From: Callorhinchus milii
Taxonomy: Eukaryota
Reading direction: 5' to 3'
Length of the DNA stretch: 64,000 nt
Assembly (NCBI RefSeq): GCF_018977255.1
Contig: NW_024704742.1
Location: 55,554,001 to 55,618,000 of the forward strand
The notes beneath the pieces were generated by a model. The model made no database searches. It had not been told where the DNA came from and worked only from the letters and a program-made list of their open reading frames with translations. Positions within the stretch are counted from its first letter, which is position 1; each line of letters starts with the position of its first letter. This document shows positions 12,700 through 24,902 of this stretch, in pieces. The position numbers were made by a program, and so were the translations under genes.

Positions 12700-13115
12700 G
12701 ACTTAGTCAGATTAAGTGAGCGGGCAAAGCTGTGGCAGATGGCGTTCGATGTAAGGAAGTGTGAGGTCATCTACCATGGACCGAAAAAAGATAAAACAGA
12801 ATATTTTCTTAATTGGGAGAAATGAAGGACTGTGGAGGAGCAAAGAGGTTTGGGTGTCCATATCCACAAATCACTAAAAACTGGTCTCAGGTGCAAAAAT
12901 GTAATCAAAAAGGTGAATGGAATGTTGGCCTTTACCTCAAGAGGCCTGGAATACAAACGGGAAGAAATGATGCTTCAGCTGTACAGAGCATTAGTCAGAT
13001 CCTATCTGGAGTACTGCGTTCAGTTTTGGGCACCACAACTCAGGAAAGATACATTGGCCCTGGAGGGGGTGCAGCACAGGTTCACCAGAATATCACCAGG
13101 CCTAAAAGGGTTAAA
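12700..13115 (+). mobile_element. CR1 LINE ORF2 C-terminal fragment
   Basis: ORF 12832-13224: QRGLGVHIH, LQLYRALVRSYLEYCVQFWAP, LEGVQHRFTR. Confidence 0.92.
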
Positions 13116-14094
13116 AAACTGTCACGCAGTCACCCTAAATTTTTCCTGGCCGGTTAGAAGCCAGGTAAGTAGTCCCATGAACTCTGTTCTCTCTGTGCAG
13201 TTTGACTTAGTCTTGTTCTTCTGAATCTTGCTCAAAGTGAACCAAGTCCCAATTTAATCCCAGTCATTTTATTTTTAAGGAGATATAAGCATCATTAGGG
13301 CCAAGTTGGGCAAAAAAGGTCATCAGCAGACTCAAAATGGACCAGTTTCCAGCAGCGTTCGATGATCATTCCAAGAGACCGTGAACTAAATAAAAAGAAT
13401 AATATTTGCACTTGATATAATGTGTTTCACGTTTGAGGATGTTTCAAAGCACTTCGCAGGATTTATTGTATAGTGACTGCATTTTGTAAGTGAATGAAGG
13501 GTCAACAGGCCTAATACTGAGATTTGTTCCTTCTCAAAAGAGTCTGCTTTTACTTAGTGGCTTATACTTTTTATACTTACTGTAGTTTTCGAAAAAAATT
13601 GTTGCGCTCGTTTTTCAACACATCTTATAAAATGCACCAAATCAGATATCCAGCTTTAAACTAATGGTTTGATACTTGCTATCTCAGTTTGTTATCAATA
13701 TTTTTCATTAGCTTGGATTCCTTGGGTTTACATTTCATCCAATCAATGTGTCTGACTCCATTATTTTTCTGTCCACATTGGCAGAAGTATTTGCCATTCA
13801 CTCTTACATCCTCCTTGATACAGATCGGTTAACATTTAATGTAAATCACGTGCAATGAGTTAAAATGTTCCACATAAACATTGAAGCAGTTTTAAGCTGA
13901 ATCTGGACTCAGGATGAACAACAAGGAAAGTATTTCCCCCGAATCCTAATCTTACTGCAGGTGAAACTTTCTATAATAGTCTGTAATAAGCTTTAGACAT
14001 CAGAGCTTGAAATGCTGCATGGTTTATTCTTAACTCTTGTCTACAAATTTTGTTTAATGCAGAATTTGGAAAACTCTTAAGCTGGGTCTTAGTT

Positions 14095-14210
14095 TGTGAA
14101 CCATTTTGCCCACAAATATACAGTCAATTCACTTTACAATCTGTGAAGCGCTTTAAGACGTCTAGAAGACGTGAAAAGCGCTATATTAAATGCAAGGATT
14201 ATTATTATAA
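14095..14210 (+). mobile_element. SINE 3' fragment
   Basis: cccacaaatatacagtcaattcactttac...gacgtctagaagacgtgaaaagcgctatattaaatgcaaggattattatt. Confidence 0.88.
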
Positions 14211-14586
14211 ATCAGTTTTTAAAGAACTGCAGTCAACCAGTTTCCAAAGCTGGATGTGGATTGACAACAAAAACAATTTGCCTTTCACTTAGGAAAATAT
14301 TACAGAGATAGAGTGGGGGCCCAAATAGGGTAGTGTAGGAGTCAGATGACCAAAGCGATAGGTTTGTTGAAGGATTTTGAAATTGGAGAGGATGGGTGCA
14401 AGGTGGAGGGATGCAGGAGAGAGTTCCAGGGAGATGGGGTTAAGGATCCTGAAGGCTGAATGGAGAGGTGGGGAGGGGCGGGGGAAGAATTCAACATGAC
14501 TAGTGTATTAGATAGAATACCCTGTGATGTGAATTACATCTATAGTATGTATTCGCCAGTCAAGTAACAGCAAAACTAAATTCTTA

Positions 14587-14906
14587 GGAGTCCAGTAGCA
14601 TAGTGGTTAGCACGCTCAGCTCACAAGTAAGAGGACCTGGGTTCGATTCCTGGCAGGGCAAAACCTTAGGCAAGTTTCCTTACTGCACACCTGTGTTTGC
14701 CTAGCGGTTGTTAGTCAAATGGCAGTTTGCTTTCTGGGGTAATAATCCCTTATATAAAAAAATTTGGTCACTCAATCCACGACTGTTTTGGCTGCTGTGT
14801 TTTGCCCACACAATATACAGTCAATTGACTTTACAATATATTCTCTGAAGCTCTTTGAAACGTCTCAATGATGATAAGATGCTGTATCAAATGCATGGGT
14901 TATTAT
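14587..14906 (+). mobile_element. tRNA-headed SINE (long form)
   Basis: ggagtccagtagcatagtggttag (A box), gggttcgattcc (B box), body with gtttgcctagcggttgttagtc, shared tail. Confidence 0.88.
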
Positions 14907-15313
14907 ATATATTATGTCTTTAAGGCAGACTACTGTGAGGGCAAATAAGGTAAAATGGAACAAGGTGATACCCATATCATTTTTAGATTAAACAATATTG
15001 CTTCATTTTAAGCAAAGCCTGATTGTTCTACACATTAGTTTTAAAATGATTCTGGCATTTACAGCCATTATGTGGCTCCTAGAGTGTGGAAATAAAATTT
15101 ATGTTTCACATGAATGGAATTGCAATGGCCCAGTAATTTACTTTAGTTTCCAGGCCGAAGAAATTTCCACTAAATAAAAAATCTGCCATGCACATGTCTT
15201 TCTGATGCATTAAAACAAACATTTTGCTAGGAATGTAGAGGAGACTGATGTCTGGTGATCCAGTGGTGGAGATTGTCTGATCTCTGGTGACCTGTTAATC
15301 GAGCTGATCTAAA

Positions 15314-15672
15314 GAGTCCTGTAGCTCAGTGGTTAGAGCACTAGCTTTGCAAGCGAGAGAACTGGGTTTGATTCCTGTCAACGAGAAACTTTTGGTAAGT
15401 TTCCTTACTCCACACTGTTTACCTAGCAGTAAGTAAGAACCCGGTTGTTAGTCAATTAGTCGATCACTTTTCCATGGGTAATAATTCCTTTTAAAAAAGA
15501 TTGGTCACTCAATCCAAGACCGTTCTTGGGACACAATAGCTGTGTGCAATTGGCTGTCGCGTTTTGCCCAAAAAATGTACAGTCAATACACTTTACAGTA
15601 TATTCTTTGAAGCACTTTGAGAAGTCTCGAAGGTTTGATAAGGCGCTATATCAAAAGCAAGGATTATTATTA
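15314..15672 (+). mobile_element. tRNA-headed SINE (long form)
   Basis: gagtcctgtagctcagtggttagagc head, gtttacctagcagtaag...ggttgttagtc middle, gcaaggattattatt tail. Confidence 0.92.
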
Positions 15673-16057
15673 TCTAGTGGTGGAAATTGTCTGATCTCTG
15701 GTGATCTGGTGACAGAGACTGAGTGGCAGTGAAAGTGTTAGCAAGAGCAGAGTAGCAGTGTTTTGCTGTTGCAGAAGTATATTGGATAAATGGATATGGA
15801 CCGTTGTAATTTATTAAGTCTCTTTCGCCACTTTTGTTGCTCCACCATGATAAATGTGCAGAGTTTCAAAGATCAATATTCTTTCTGACTGGAATAGAGA
15901 TCAGAAATAAACCTTAGAAAAGGTTGAATAAAATTGTGTGGGTGACTTGAGGTACGCTGTATGTTGCAAAAAAACCTCAAAGTCTTGAAAACTCTTGTCA
16001 ATTGAGTTGAAATTAATTGCAATCCTGCAATTACCTTATGTTATTTGTCAGGAACGT

Positions 16058-16440
16058 ACAACAACTTACATTTTATAGTGTGCTTCACATGGGTGGTGTC
16101 TTGAGGCACTTAACCAGCAGTGTGGTTTGACATTGAGCCGGAAAGAGAGGGCAGGTAACCAAAGGCATATAAAAAGAAAATCTTTAGGTGTGATTTGAAG
16201 ACGGGCAAGATAGAGGGATAGAGGCAGGGAGTTCCAGAGATTTGGGGTATAGTGGTTGAAAGCATGGCTGCCAATGGTGGAGCGGAGGGGACGAGGGATG
16301 TGCAGAAGACATAAGCCAGTTGAGCAAGGCAGTTGGTAATGGAGTGGTGAGTGAGCAGATCGTAAAGATTGGGAGGTTTCAGGAAATTAAGTGATGTGAG
16401 AGTCAGGCGTGTGGAGCTTGGTATGGGTAAGAATGCGTCG
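16058..16440 (-). mobile_element. Old L2 3' part (appears to continue at ~17811-17860 and ~18220-18290)
   Basis: acaacaacttacattttatag tail; ORF 16110-16544 includes FKSHLKIFFLYAF, resembling the L2 ORF2 C-terminus. Confidence 0.7.
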
Positions 16441-16444
16441 TTGC

Positions 16445-17810
16445 CAACCAACTGCGCACACCTCTCCTCCCACTCCCTCTTCGAACCCCTCCAGTCCCGT
16501 TTCTGCCCTGCCCACAGTACAGAGACTGCGCTTGTGAAAGTCACAAATTACATCCTCTCTATCTGTGACCAGGGCTCCCTCTGCCTTCTTGTCCTCCTGG
16601 ACCTCTCCGCGGTGTTTGACACAGTCGATCACACCATCCTCCTCCACCGCCTTTCCTCCGTCATCCACCTCAGTGGGACTGCACTCGACTGGTTCGAGTC
16701 CTTCCTCACATACCGCCAGCAGTACATCTGCACAAACGGCTTCTCCTCCCGCTCTCACCCGGTCACCTGCGGGTTACCCCAAGGATCCATCCTTGGCCCC
16801 CTCCTCTTTCTCATCTACATGCTCCTCTTGGGGATGTCATCCGTAGACATGGGGTACATTTCCACATGTATGCAGATGACACCCAAATCTATTTTTCCAC
16901 CTCTCTTTGCGACCCCCAGTCCCCTGATGTTCTGTCAGCCTGCCTATCAGATCTAGGGGGTTGGATGAGCGCAAACTTCCTTCAGCTAAATGTTGACAAG
17001 ATGGAAGTCATACTCTTTGGCTCTCGTCAACATCTAAAATCTCATGGCTCTCACCTCCTTCACCTATCCGACCTCACCCTAAAACTCTCCAAACCTGTAT
17101 GCAATCTAGGCGTCAGGTTTGACCCCCAATTATCCTTCCTCCCCACATCTGGTCCCTCACCAGCACCGCCTTCTATCACCTCCGAAGCATCGCCCGTCTC
17201 CGCCAATACCTCTCCCCAAAAGCCGCTGAAACCCTGGTCCATGCCTTTGTCACCTCTCGGCTGGACTCCTGCAATGCCATCCTCGCTGGTCTCCCATCCA
17301 CTACCATCCATAAAATCCAAATCATTCAAAACTCTGCCGCTCGCATTCTCACCTGCACAAAACTCCACGCCCCGATCACCCCAGTCCTTGCCAGACTGCA
17401 CTGGCTGCCTGTCCCAGAGAGGGTCGATTTCAAGATCCTCACCCTTGTATTCAAGTCCCTGCACTCCTCTGCATCCCCCTACCTCTCTGACCTCATCTCT
17501 CCTCAAACAGTACCCGTTGCCTTCGTTCCTCCGGGTCTGGCCTCCTCCTCGTCCCCCGAGTCCTCCGCTGCACCCTTGGCAGCCATACATTCAGCCACTA
17601 TGCCCTGAGGCTCTGAACTGCCTTCCTCACTCCCTTCGTCTCGCTCCCTCCCTTCGCATTTTCAGGTCTCTGCTGAAGATCTTTCTTTTCGACTGCGCCT
17701 TTGGTCACCTTCCTCCCCCTGGCTCGGTGCCGGGATCTGTTACTGTAAAGTGCTCTGAGACGCCATCCAGCATGGAGGGCGCTATATAAATCCATTTTGT
17801 TGTTGTTGTT
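16445..17810 (+). mobile_element. L2 ORF2 3' half with tail
   Basis: HSTETALVKV, LDLSAVFDTVDH, GLPQGSILGP, MYADDTQIY; ends gctatataaatccattt(tgt)n. Confidence 0.95.
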
Positions 17811-17860
17811 GGGTGGTGGAATAGAAGCTGGGGAGACGGTCAAGGAGATTTGGAAGAATT

Positions 17861-18214
17861 AATAATAATCCTTGCATTTGATATAGCACTTTTCACGTCT
17901 TCTAGACGTCTCAAAGCACTTCACAGAATATACTGTAAAGTGAATTGACTGTATATTTGTGAATAAAATGCAGCAGCCTATTGCGCACAGCAGTATCCCA
18001 CAAACAGTTGTAGATTGACTGACCAAATTATTATTTTTTTTTTAATTGATCATCATCCCCAGAAAAGCAATCTGCCAATCGACTAACCACCAGGTTCCTG
18101 CTTACTGCTAGGTAAACAGGCGTGTGGAGTAAGGAAACTTGCCCAACATTTTGCCCTGCTAGGAATCGAGCCCAGGACTCTCGCTCGTGAAGTAAGTGCT
18201 CTAACCACTAAGCT
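17861..18214 (-). mobile_element. tRNA-headed SINE (long form)
   Basis: Reverse complement matches 15314-15672; candidate TSD attaa at 17858-17862 and 18215-18219. Confidence 0.92.
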
Positions 18215-18549
18215 ATTAAGGCGGAAGGTGACAAAAGCATGAAGTATAGTTTCAGCAGAATTTTAAGTAGTATAGGGACGGAGATGGTAAATAATAGATA
18301 TTAATCATATCCTCGTCGGTTCAGATGGAAAAGTGTACAGTGATCAAGAATGATCAAATGATGACACCTTGTGCCCAGTCCAACTCAGCGAATGGTCTGC
18401 CTCGTAGACCAGGGTGGTGAACATGGAAAAAGACACTCAGGTTGTCACAACAACTGCTATGTGTTTCGGATATGGTTAACTGCTCAGTTCATACATCTAA
18501 TGTTGTGAATCTCTCTTTCTTTACATGTGACCGATGCTCAAGTTCGGAC

Positions 18550-19060
18550 AGTTCAGGTCTCCTCAAACTCAACTGTCTCCAGCATGACATGCTTGCCAAT
18601 GGAATGTCGGAATTTAATCAACCCTCTGTGATGGTCTTGGTAGTCCGATTCCTGAGCCAAATGGATTTGCAGATCTTCAAAACCCTGTGGATAACAATCC
18701 AGCCAACCTGGGTCATCAGAAGAACTTGTAGGGCAGAGACGGTCATTGGGAGCAGGGATTCCTCTCACTCAGCTCCTGGAAGCTAAAGTACAAATGGGTA
18801 GCTTAGTCTTGGCTGGACAATCAACAGGAAGCTTGCCCGACAATGCTCTGAGTAACAAGTTTGATGGTTATTGTCTGGAGATCCTAAGCCTTGATAGCTC
18901 TTGCCAACCTGCACCAAATTAGGTAAATAGGGTGCTCCCTCCAGGGAGCGAGTGCACTTTCAATTCCAAACACAGGAAAAATTACATATATGGATTCCTG
19001 TCTGGTTTGGATACTCTTAAATATGGTGATGGGTTTCCTCATGCGTCTCACCAAGAAAAT
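18550..19060 (-). repeat. Unclassified ~600-bp interspersed repeat (copy)
   Basis: Reverse complement shares blocks with 29770-30370 (cttgccaacctgcac, ccctccagggag, ggatactcttaa, ggtgatgggtttc). Strand is relative to that copy. Confidence 0.75.
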
Positions 19061-19709
19061 ATAACTTTCCCGGGTTGCTGCACTATGAAGTTCCTTTTGC
19101 ATGGATGAAAAAGCATATTTAATTATGGATAGTTAAAGAACATTATGCACGTATGATGCCAGTGAAGCTGGTGACAGCCATATGCTTTCAGAAAAATTCA
19201 GAGTAGATTTTATAGTGAATATAGGCTTAATTGCAATGTTCACAAAATTGATAGCCTATTTATCTGCAAGCATATATCCTGCTATAACATTAACCTGCAA
19301 TGAATACTGTAGCAACCATTCCTTAATAATTATGCCATTTTTTGACAAGGCTTTTCAAACTTATTATCTGCTTCATTCAGTAAATTTAACAAATGTTCTC
19401 CTGTGCATTTAGAAATAAATGTAATGCAATTTTAAAACTAAGCTTAATGTTATATTTATAATGCCATGTTATTTATAATTTAAAATTGCTTTTCTTTAAT
19501 TATAAGCTCACAGAAACAAATTTGCTAAGTTCACCGAAAAGAGCAGAATAGAGTTAAGCCCACGTTAATGCATTTACCATATGAAGCGCAGAAAGCAGAA
19601 CATCTCCAATGAATTTTTTTTCTGCACAAACAAGCATTCTTTTCTTAAAGTTACAGATCTTTACAATGTCTTACCTTAAAGGGAACAAAAGGATAGAGAG
19701 AGTATTTTC

Positions 19710-20122
19710 ACTTCATGGCTGTTTGTGGGACATTTCTGCGTGCAAATTGGCTGTAGGATTTGCCTACAAAATACAAAGTCAATACACTTTACAGTAAATC
19801 ATGTGAAATGCTGTGAGACATTCTCTGGTTGTGAAATGGGCTATATCAAATGCATAGATTAATATTATTACTCCCTGTTTGAAGCAGAGAAACAAAATAT
19901 TATCAAAACATATTTCTGAGAACAACAGGGAATTCTAGATTTGATTGAAGAACCTTTCTCATCTCTTTTCTTCAAAGCAGCTTTGGGTTCAGCTATTTTC
20001 GCCCACAAAACACACAAGACAATCTACTTTACAATATATTCTGTGAAGCACTTTGAGACATCTCACAGATGTGATAAGGTGCTATATCAAATGGAAGGAT
20101 TATTATTATATATTATTATTAT
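19710..20122 (+). mobile_element. Two SINE 3' fragments (~19710-19870 and ~19990-20122)
   Basis: Both end in gctatatcaaatg...attatta and carry the cactttaca...gtgaa block. Confidence 0.75.
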
Positions 20123-20559
20123 ATTTGACTTCCCCTGAGACATGGACCGCAATTCCAAAATGGAGCTTCTAAGAGTTCAGAGCCATTTTTTCTCCATCAG
20201 TCTCTCTCATATTCAATGGCTCTTCTGAGGAGGGGGTGCAATGTGATGTCATTGTGTAAGTGTTGTGATGATATCGGATACATCGCATGTCTGCAAATCT
20301 GTTAGACATTTATTTTTCAAAAAGAGGAGGTAAGGGAAACAGGAAGAAAAGCTTGGCACAACGTTGCCTGATATTCAAACGCTTCCCATCATGGGTTGCC
20401 CGCAGGGGACAGACTTGCCTCCGCAGGCCAACTCATAATGTAAACCTGTGTCAAGTACTCCATCTGACATCTTAATGAGTAGATGACTGACCAAGTCCTT
20501 AGAGTATCAGACAGTGAAGCCATGGACCACCTTACCAAAACTTTTTTTCCCCAAAAAAA

Positions 20560-20757
20560 CCTCCAAAAGGCTGTGAATGCTGGATCCATTCAAATTTTCA
20601 AGACTGAGGTAGATAGATATTTGTTAGATCAGGATATCAAGGGATACGGGGCAAGGGCGGGTAATTGGAGTTGAGGTACAGATCAGACATGATCTCATAG
20701 AATGGTGGAACAGGTTTAAGGGGCTGAATGAGCCACTCCTTTTCCTATGTTTCCTAT
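20560..20757 (+). mobile_element. CR1 3' end
   Basis: QKAVNAGSIQIFKTEVDRYL followed by a CR1-type 3' UTR (ggggctgaatgagccactcc) and ttcctatg repeats. Confidence 0.85.
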
Positions 20758-21519
20758 ATTTCACCGTCTCTCGACATGAAAGGCGCTCTATAAATGGAAT
20801 CTTGTTGTTGTTGTTGTCTCCCCACTTACTTGTGCTGTGAATCCACCAGAAATCTGAAAGCGCACTCCCAGCTCATGCACTGCCAAGTTCGTCTGGAATG
20901 GAGCCTGCACCGGATGAACTTTAGAATTGAAATGGGATAAATCCCAAGAAAGATTACTTGGCAATGCAGAAACCTTACACGCCACTGTTATTTGCACCTA
21001 CTGCAGTGGTTTTACCCAGCAGACATAGAATAGAGAGCCTGTCATTGAAATGAATGGTCCATTGTTGCAGTAGATTTGCTGTGCTGATACGCCACTGCTT
21101 CACACCAAGATTGAGAAAAACAGACTTGCTATTGCTTGTAAAGCCACCTGATAGTTAACCTTTTAAATACCAACGTGCATTTTGACAGCAAGCCAAAAAT
21201 AACTAAAATTATGAAAATCTGAACTCAGAACCATATCCATATGAAATGTTTTAAGGCATGCATATATGAGAGTGCTACAGACTAAGTCAGGCTGACACTT
21301 TGTCACTTTGTTTGAAGGCCAAAAATAACTGACTGTTTTATGAACTATATCCAAATGATGTAGCTCCGAGATGCTACCCAATGTGAAGGCGGTATATAAA
21401 TGCAAGTTGTTGTTGGTGAGATGTTTTCAAGCATTTCTCCAAATAAAATCTCAATTGGGAACAGAGGGCTTTGAGGCTGGAAAGAAAGCTAGTCATTGAC
21501 AGTCCAGAGGAGAATTTTT

Positions 21520-22170
21520 ATTTTAGTCAGTCGGGTGTCTGACACTTGCAGAAACCCATCACCAAACAGAGAGTTTTGTGCATCCATTTGTGCTTTTTGT
21601 GTCTGGACTGGAATGGACACTCTCTCCCTGAAGAAATCCACCCTGATTACCTAATTCCAGAGAGTATTAGGCACAGGTTGGCAAGAACCAAGGTTTGGGG
21701 TTCCCAGAATCTGTGTCGGGTGCTACACTAGAGTTTAATTGGTTAAAACTGCAAAGAAAGAAATGTTTGGCAAGCTTTCCCATTGTTTATTCAGCTAAGA
21801 CCACCCTACACATTAGTTTACTGAGTTAACCTGGTTAAAACCACATAGAAAGACATGTCTGGAAAACGTTCTCACTGTGTATCCAGCTAGGACCCCCCTT
21901 CCCATTAGAGCTTTGGTTTACAGGGTTAACAGTAACGGATTGGGAAGAATTCCTGCCTCTCAAGATCTACTAATGAGCCAGACTTTTCATCAGCAATGCC
22001 CTGGAGTCCTGTGGACCTATTTGGCGCAGGAACAGACCACAGCAAGACAACCACAGAAAAACTAAATTGATTTTGACATTCCCTTGCCAAACATATCACC
22101 TTCGAGCCAGTTCAACTCCAAGGAGATGCTGCTTAACAACCCTCTCCTCCTAGGAGGTTAGTCACTAGTT
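21520..22170 (+). repeat. Unclassified ~600-bp interspersed repeat (copy with internal ~92-bp duplication)
   Basis: aaacccatcacc, ggaatg...ctctctccctg, caggttggcaag, cagcaatgccctggag and gccaaaca...gagccagttcaactcc blocks are shared with the other copies. Confidence 0.75.
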
Positions 22171-23249
22171 CATCATTTAACATCTGACAAATGCAAGTGT
22201 GAGTCCTCATTAGGTAGATAGCAGGTACCTTGAACCCCCAGCAAATTTCCTGATGGGCAGCACAGCTCAGCTCAGCATGAAATGTGTTGGGATAAACGAG
22301 TTCAAAGATGTGTTAAAATACATCTTAATTTTCTCTTTCTGTTTCAGATTTAATTACAGCTATTACTTAGCCTAATAAAGAAGGTATGGAGAGGAATTCC
22401 ACCTGGATTTAGATTTACTCAGAGCTGCTGGAATATAAATAGTTTTCTCTAAGTTATTTTAAGAACTACAGATAATATGTTTCAAAGTAAAGGCTGAATT
22501 CAACAATTTCCAAATTTTGGAAGCTCCAAAATTGCAACATAAATAATAATGAATAATAATCCTTGCCTTTGATATAGCACCTTGTCATATCATTGAAACA
22601 TCTCAAAGTGCTTCACAGGATTTTACCGTTGGAGCAATGTGATTGTGCAATAGGTAGGCCACACTGTCCTACAGTAAATCTGTGAAATGGTTTGAGACAT
22701 CCTCCTGACAGGAAAGGTGGTATATTAAATGGAATTATTATTTTTATTACCATTACATTCAATATGTTGTGAAGTATAGTATAACAAGTTTTACCCCATG
22801 TTGTCTTTCCTCTGATTTTAGTTTCCAATAAAAAACATAGGAGTGTAAAACATGACAATTCCAAATAGGTTTCCTTAATTAAGAAATCCGTAAGTATGTC
22901 ACACTGACTGTGTGAACACCCTCCAATGTGATTTTACTTTTGTTGTGGAGTTCTTGCATGTCAGTGTCATGTTCGTGATTCGACTAGTAATAGAAGTTTA
23001 AAACAAATATTATCTTGGACCATTGCCTTTTAGGGAATTATTCTGTCTGAGATGTGAGGAAAATGGCAGGTTTAGACCCAACTACAAGTAACCAAGGTCC
23101 TATCAGGCAACAGGAGATTGGAATTGACAGCATGCAATGGGCATGACTGAGGTACAGTTCTTTCTGCTCTCTCAGCAGAAGAAAATGATGCAGTATTCTG
23201 AGTTGGTAATGGGTAATGGGGACTCAAGAGGGAAAATAAAAATAGGCTG

Positions 23250-23450
23250 GATGCCAATCAGGAGCAGGAGCTGTCATGGACTTTTCACCTCTACTTAACC
23301 TGTGAAAACTGAGGCCAATTGAAGTGACCAAAGTCTCAAGCTCAGATCAGCTAACATGACACTGACAGCACAGGGCTAAACTCTGGGTCCTTTCTGATCA
23401 GTGAGCCTCAGTACTTCATCACATAGTTCATTTAATCACTGAGCCACTGG
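23250..23450 (-). mobile_element. Ancient SINE-like repeat, 5' part
   Basis: Reverse complement begins ggctcagtgattaaatg...aaaggacccagagtt...gttagctgatctgagc; related pieces at ~31080, ~32190, ~36480 and ~52560. Confidence 0.5.
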
Positions 23451-23971
23451 GAGCAATGAATACTGTGTATGTTTTTGACATGTGGTATGGAGAAATTCTA
23501 TAGCCACAGGTACTTAAATATAAAGTTAACTCTAAGTCTTTGATGAAGAATGCGTGAAACTATGGAGTTGAACGATTCCTTCAGGCAAGATCTATTTCTA
23601 ATCTTGTTAAAATCTTTAGTAGCTATTTTCGCTTGAAAGGATGGTGGCATGGTAGGATTATCTTTCGACCCGCGATAATGTACTTGGCAAAAAAAATACT
23701 CTTAGCAACCATAGAAACAAAAGGTTACAAGGAATCCCCATAGTTTTAAATGAAAAGGATAATCAAGGATCCTGCTAGGAAAAGCTATTCACAAAACCTC
23801 CCTCATGATGGCACATTAATAGTGTTTGACTGAGTTCTAAAGGCATACATGTCCAAAAATGTTTTGTTCAACTGTCGTTTTGTGTTTGTTCACAGTGACT
23901 GACAAAACCCCAAAATGAGCTGCCCCAAATGTCCTGCCATTATGCAAAGACTGTACCCAGTGCTGAGCCAC

Positions 23972-24415
23972 ACAACAACAATTTACATTTATATAGTGGC
24001 TTTAAGGAGGGTCAGGAGGATGTCTCTCAGTACTTTATACAGCTGACTGGAAACCCAAGCTAGGGCAATGGGGCAAAGTGACCAGAAATGTGGTGAAAAA
24101 AGATTTTGCAGGTGGCAAGGCAGAGGAACTCTGGGATGGAGTTCCAGAGTACGATGATAGATTAGCTAAAAGCTCGCTCGCCCACTGATGGGAAGGATTG
24201 GGTGTGAGATATGAAACAGGCCGGATTTTGCTGAACAATACAGATCATAGAGCTGCAGGTTCAATATCTGTTTTATTCAAAGTAAAAAGGCTTAATCATG
24301 TTAATAATAATCTTCGTATTTAATATAGCATCTAATCACGCCATTGAGATGTCTCAAAGCTCTTCAGAGAATATACTGTAAAGTGAATCGGCTGTATATG
24401 TTGTGGGCGAAACGC
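23972..24415 (-). mobile_element. Old L2 tail fragment (~23972-24250) and SINE 3' fragment (~24300-24415)
   Basis: (caa)n plus tttacatttatatag tail; then taataatcttcgtatttaatatagc...ctgtaaagtgaat. Confidence 0.7.
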
Positions 24416-24902
24416 TTACAATTTCCATACTAGTTACTGGTACAAGTTACCTGAAGGAGTGAAAAAAAGAGTGGCTGTTTGCTCTTTGCACTTGCCTTTT
24501 ACAGCATTCTGAAAGTGATGGTCCATTGCAGGATAACTGTTTTTGCTATGATCAGGTAATAGAAATGGAATTTGTAACTAGGGGCTTGAAATTTTGCATG
24601 GTCTTAGCCTTAAGATTTGTTTAAATTTTAAAGCAATCATTTTAAGATTAAGTACTAAGCAGTTCTATGATTCTGAGTGCAAAACAAAACACAAACTGTC
24701 TGGAAAGAGATTTTTGTGAAGTAAATGCAGCCTTATAAAATAGCACTGAGTTGCAAAAATCAGGGGAAATGCAGAGCAAACAGTTTTACTGGAAGGACAA
24801 TAGCGTAAAAGGAAGAATAAAATGATGATGATGATGTTGGATCCAAAATATAATTGGAATCACGTTGCAGGCACTTCAGTATAATCACTTTATAATGCTC
24901 TC

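Noticed and set aside
16866..17789. 307-aa ORF as a host gene
   Set aside because: Starts at the L2 YADD motif and drifts out of frame into Pro/Ser-rich sequence.
20244..20262. 18-bp word tgatgtcattgtgtaagt shared with ~48935
   Set aside because: Probably a remnant of another old repeat; too little alignable flank to define.
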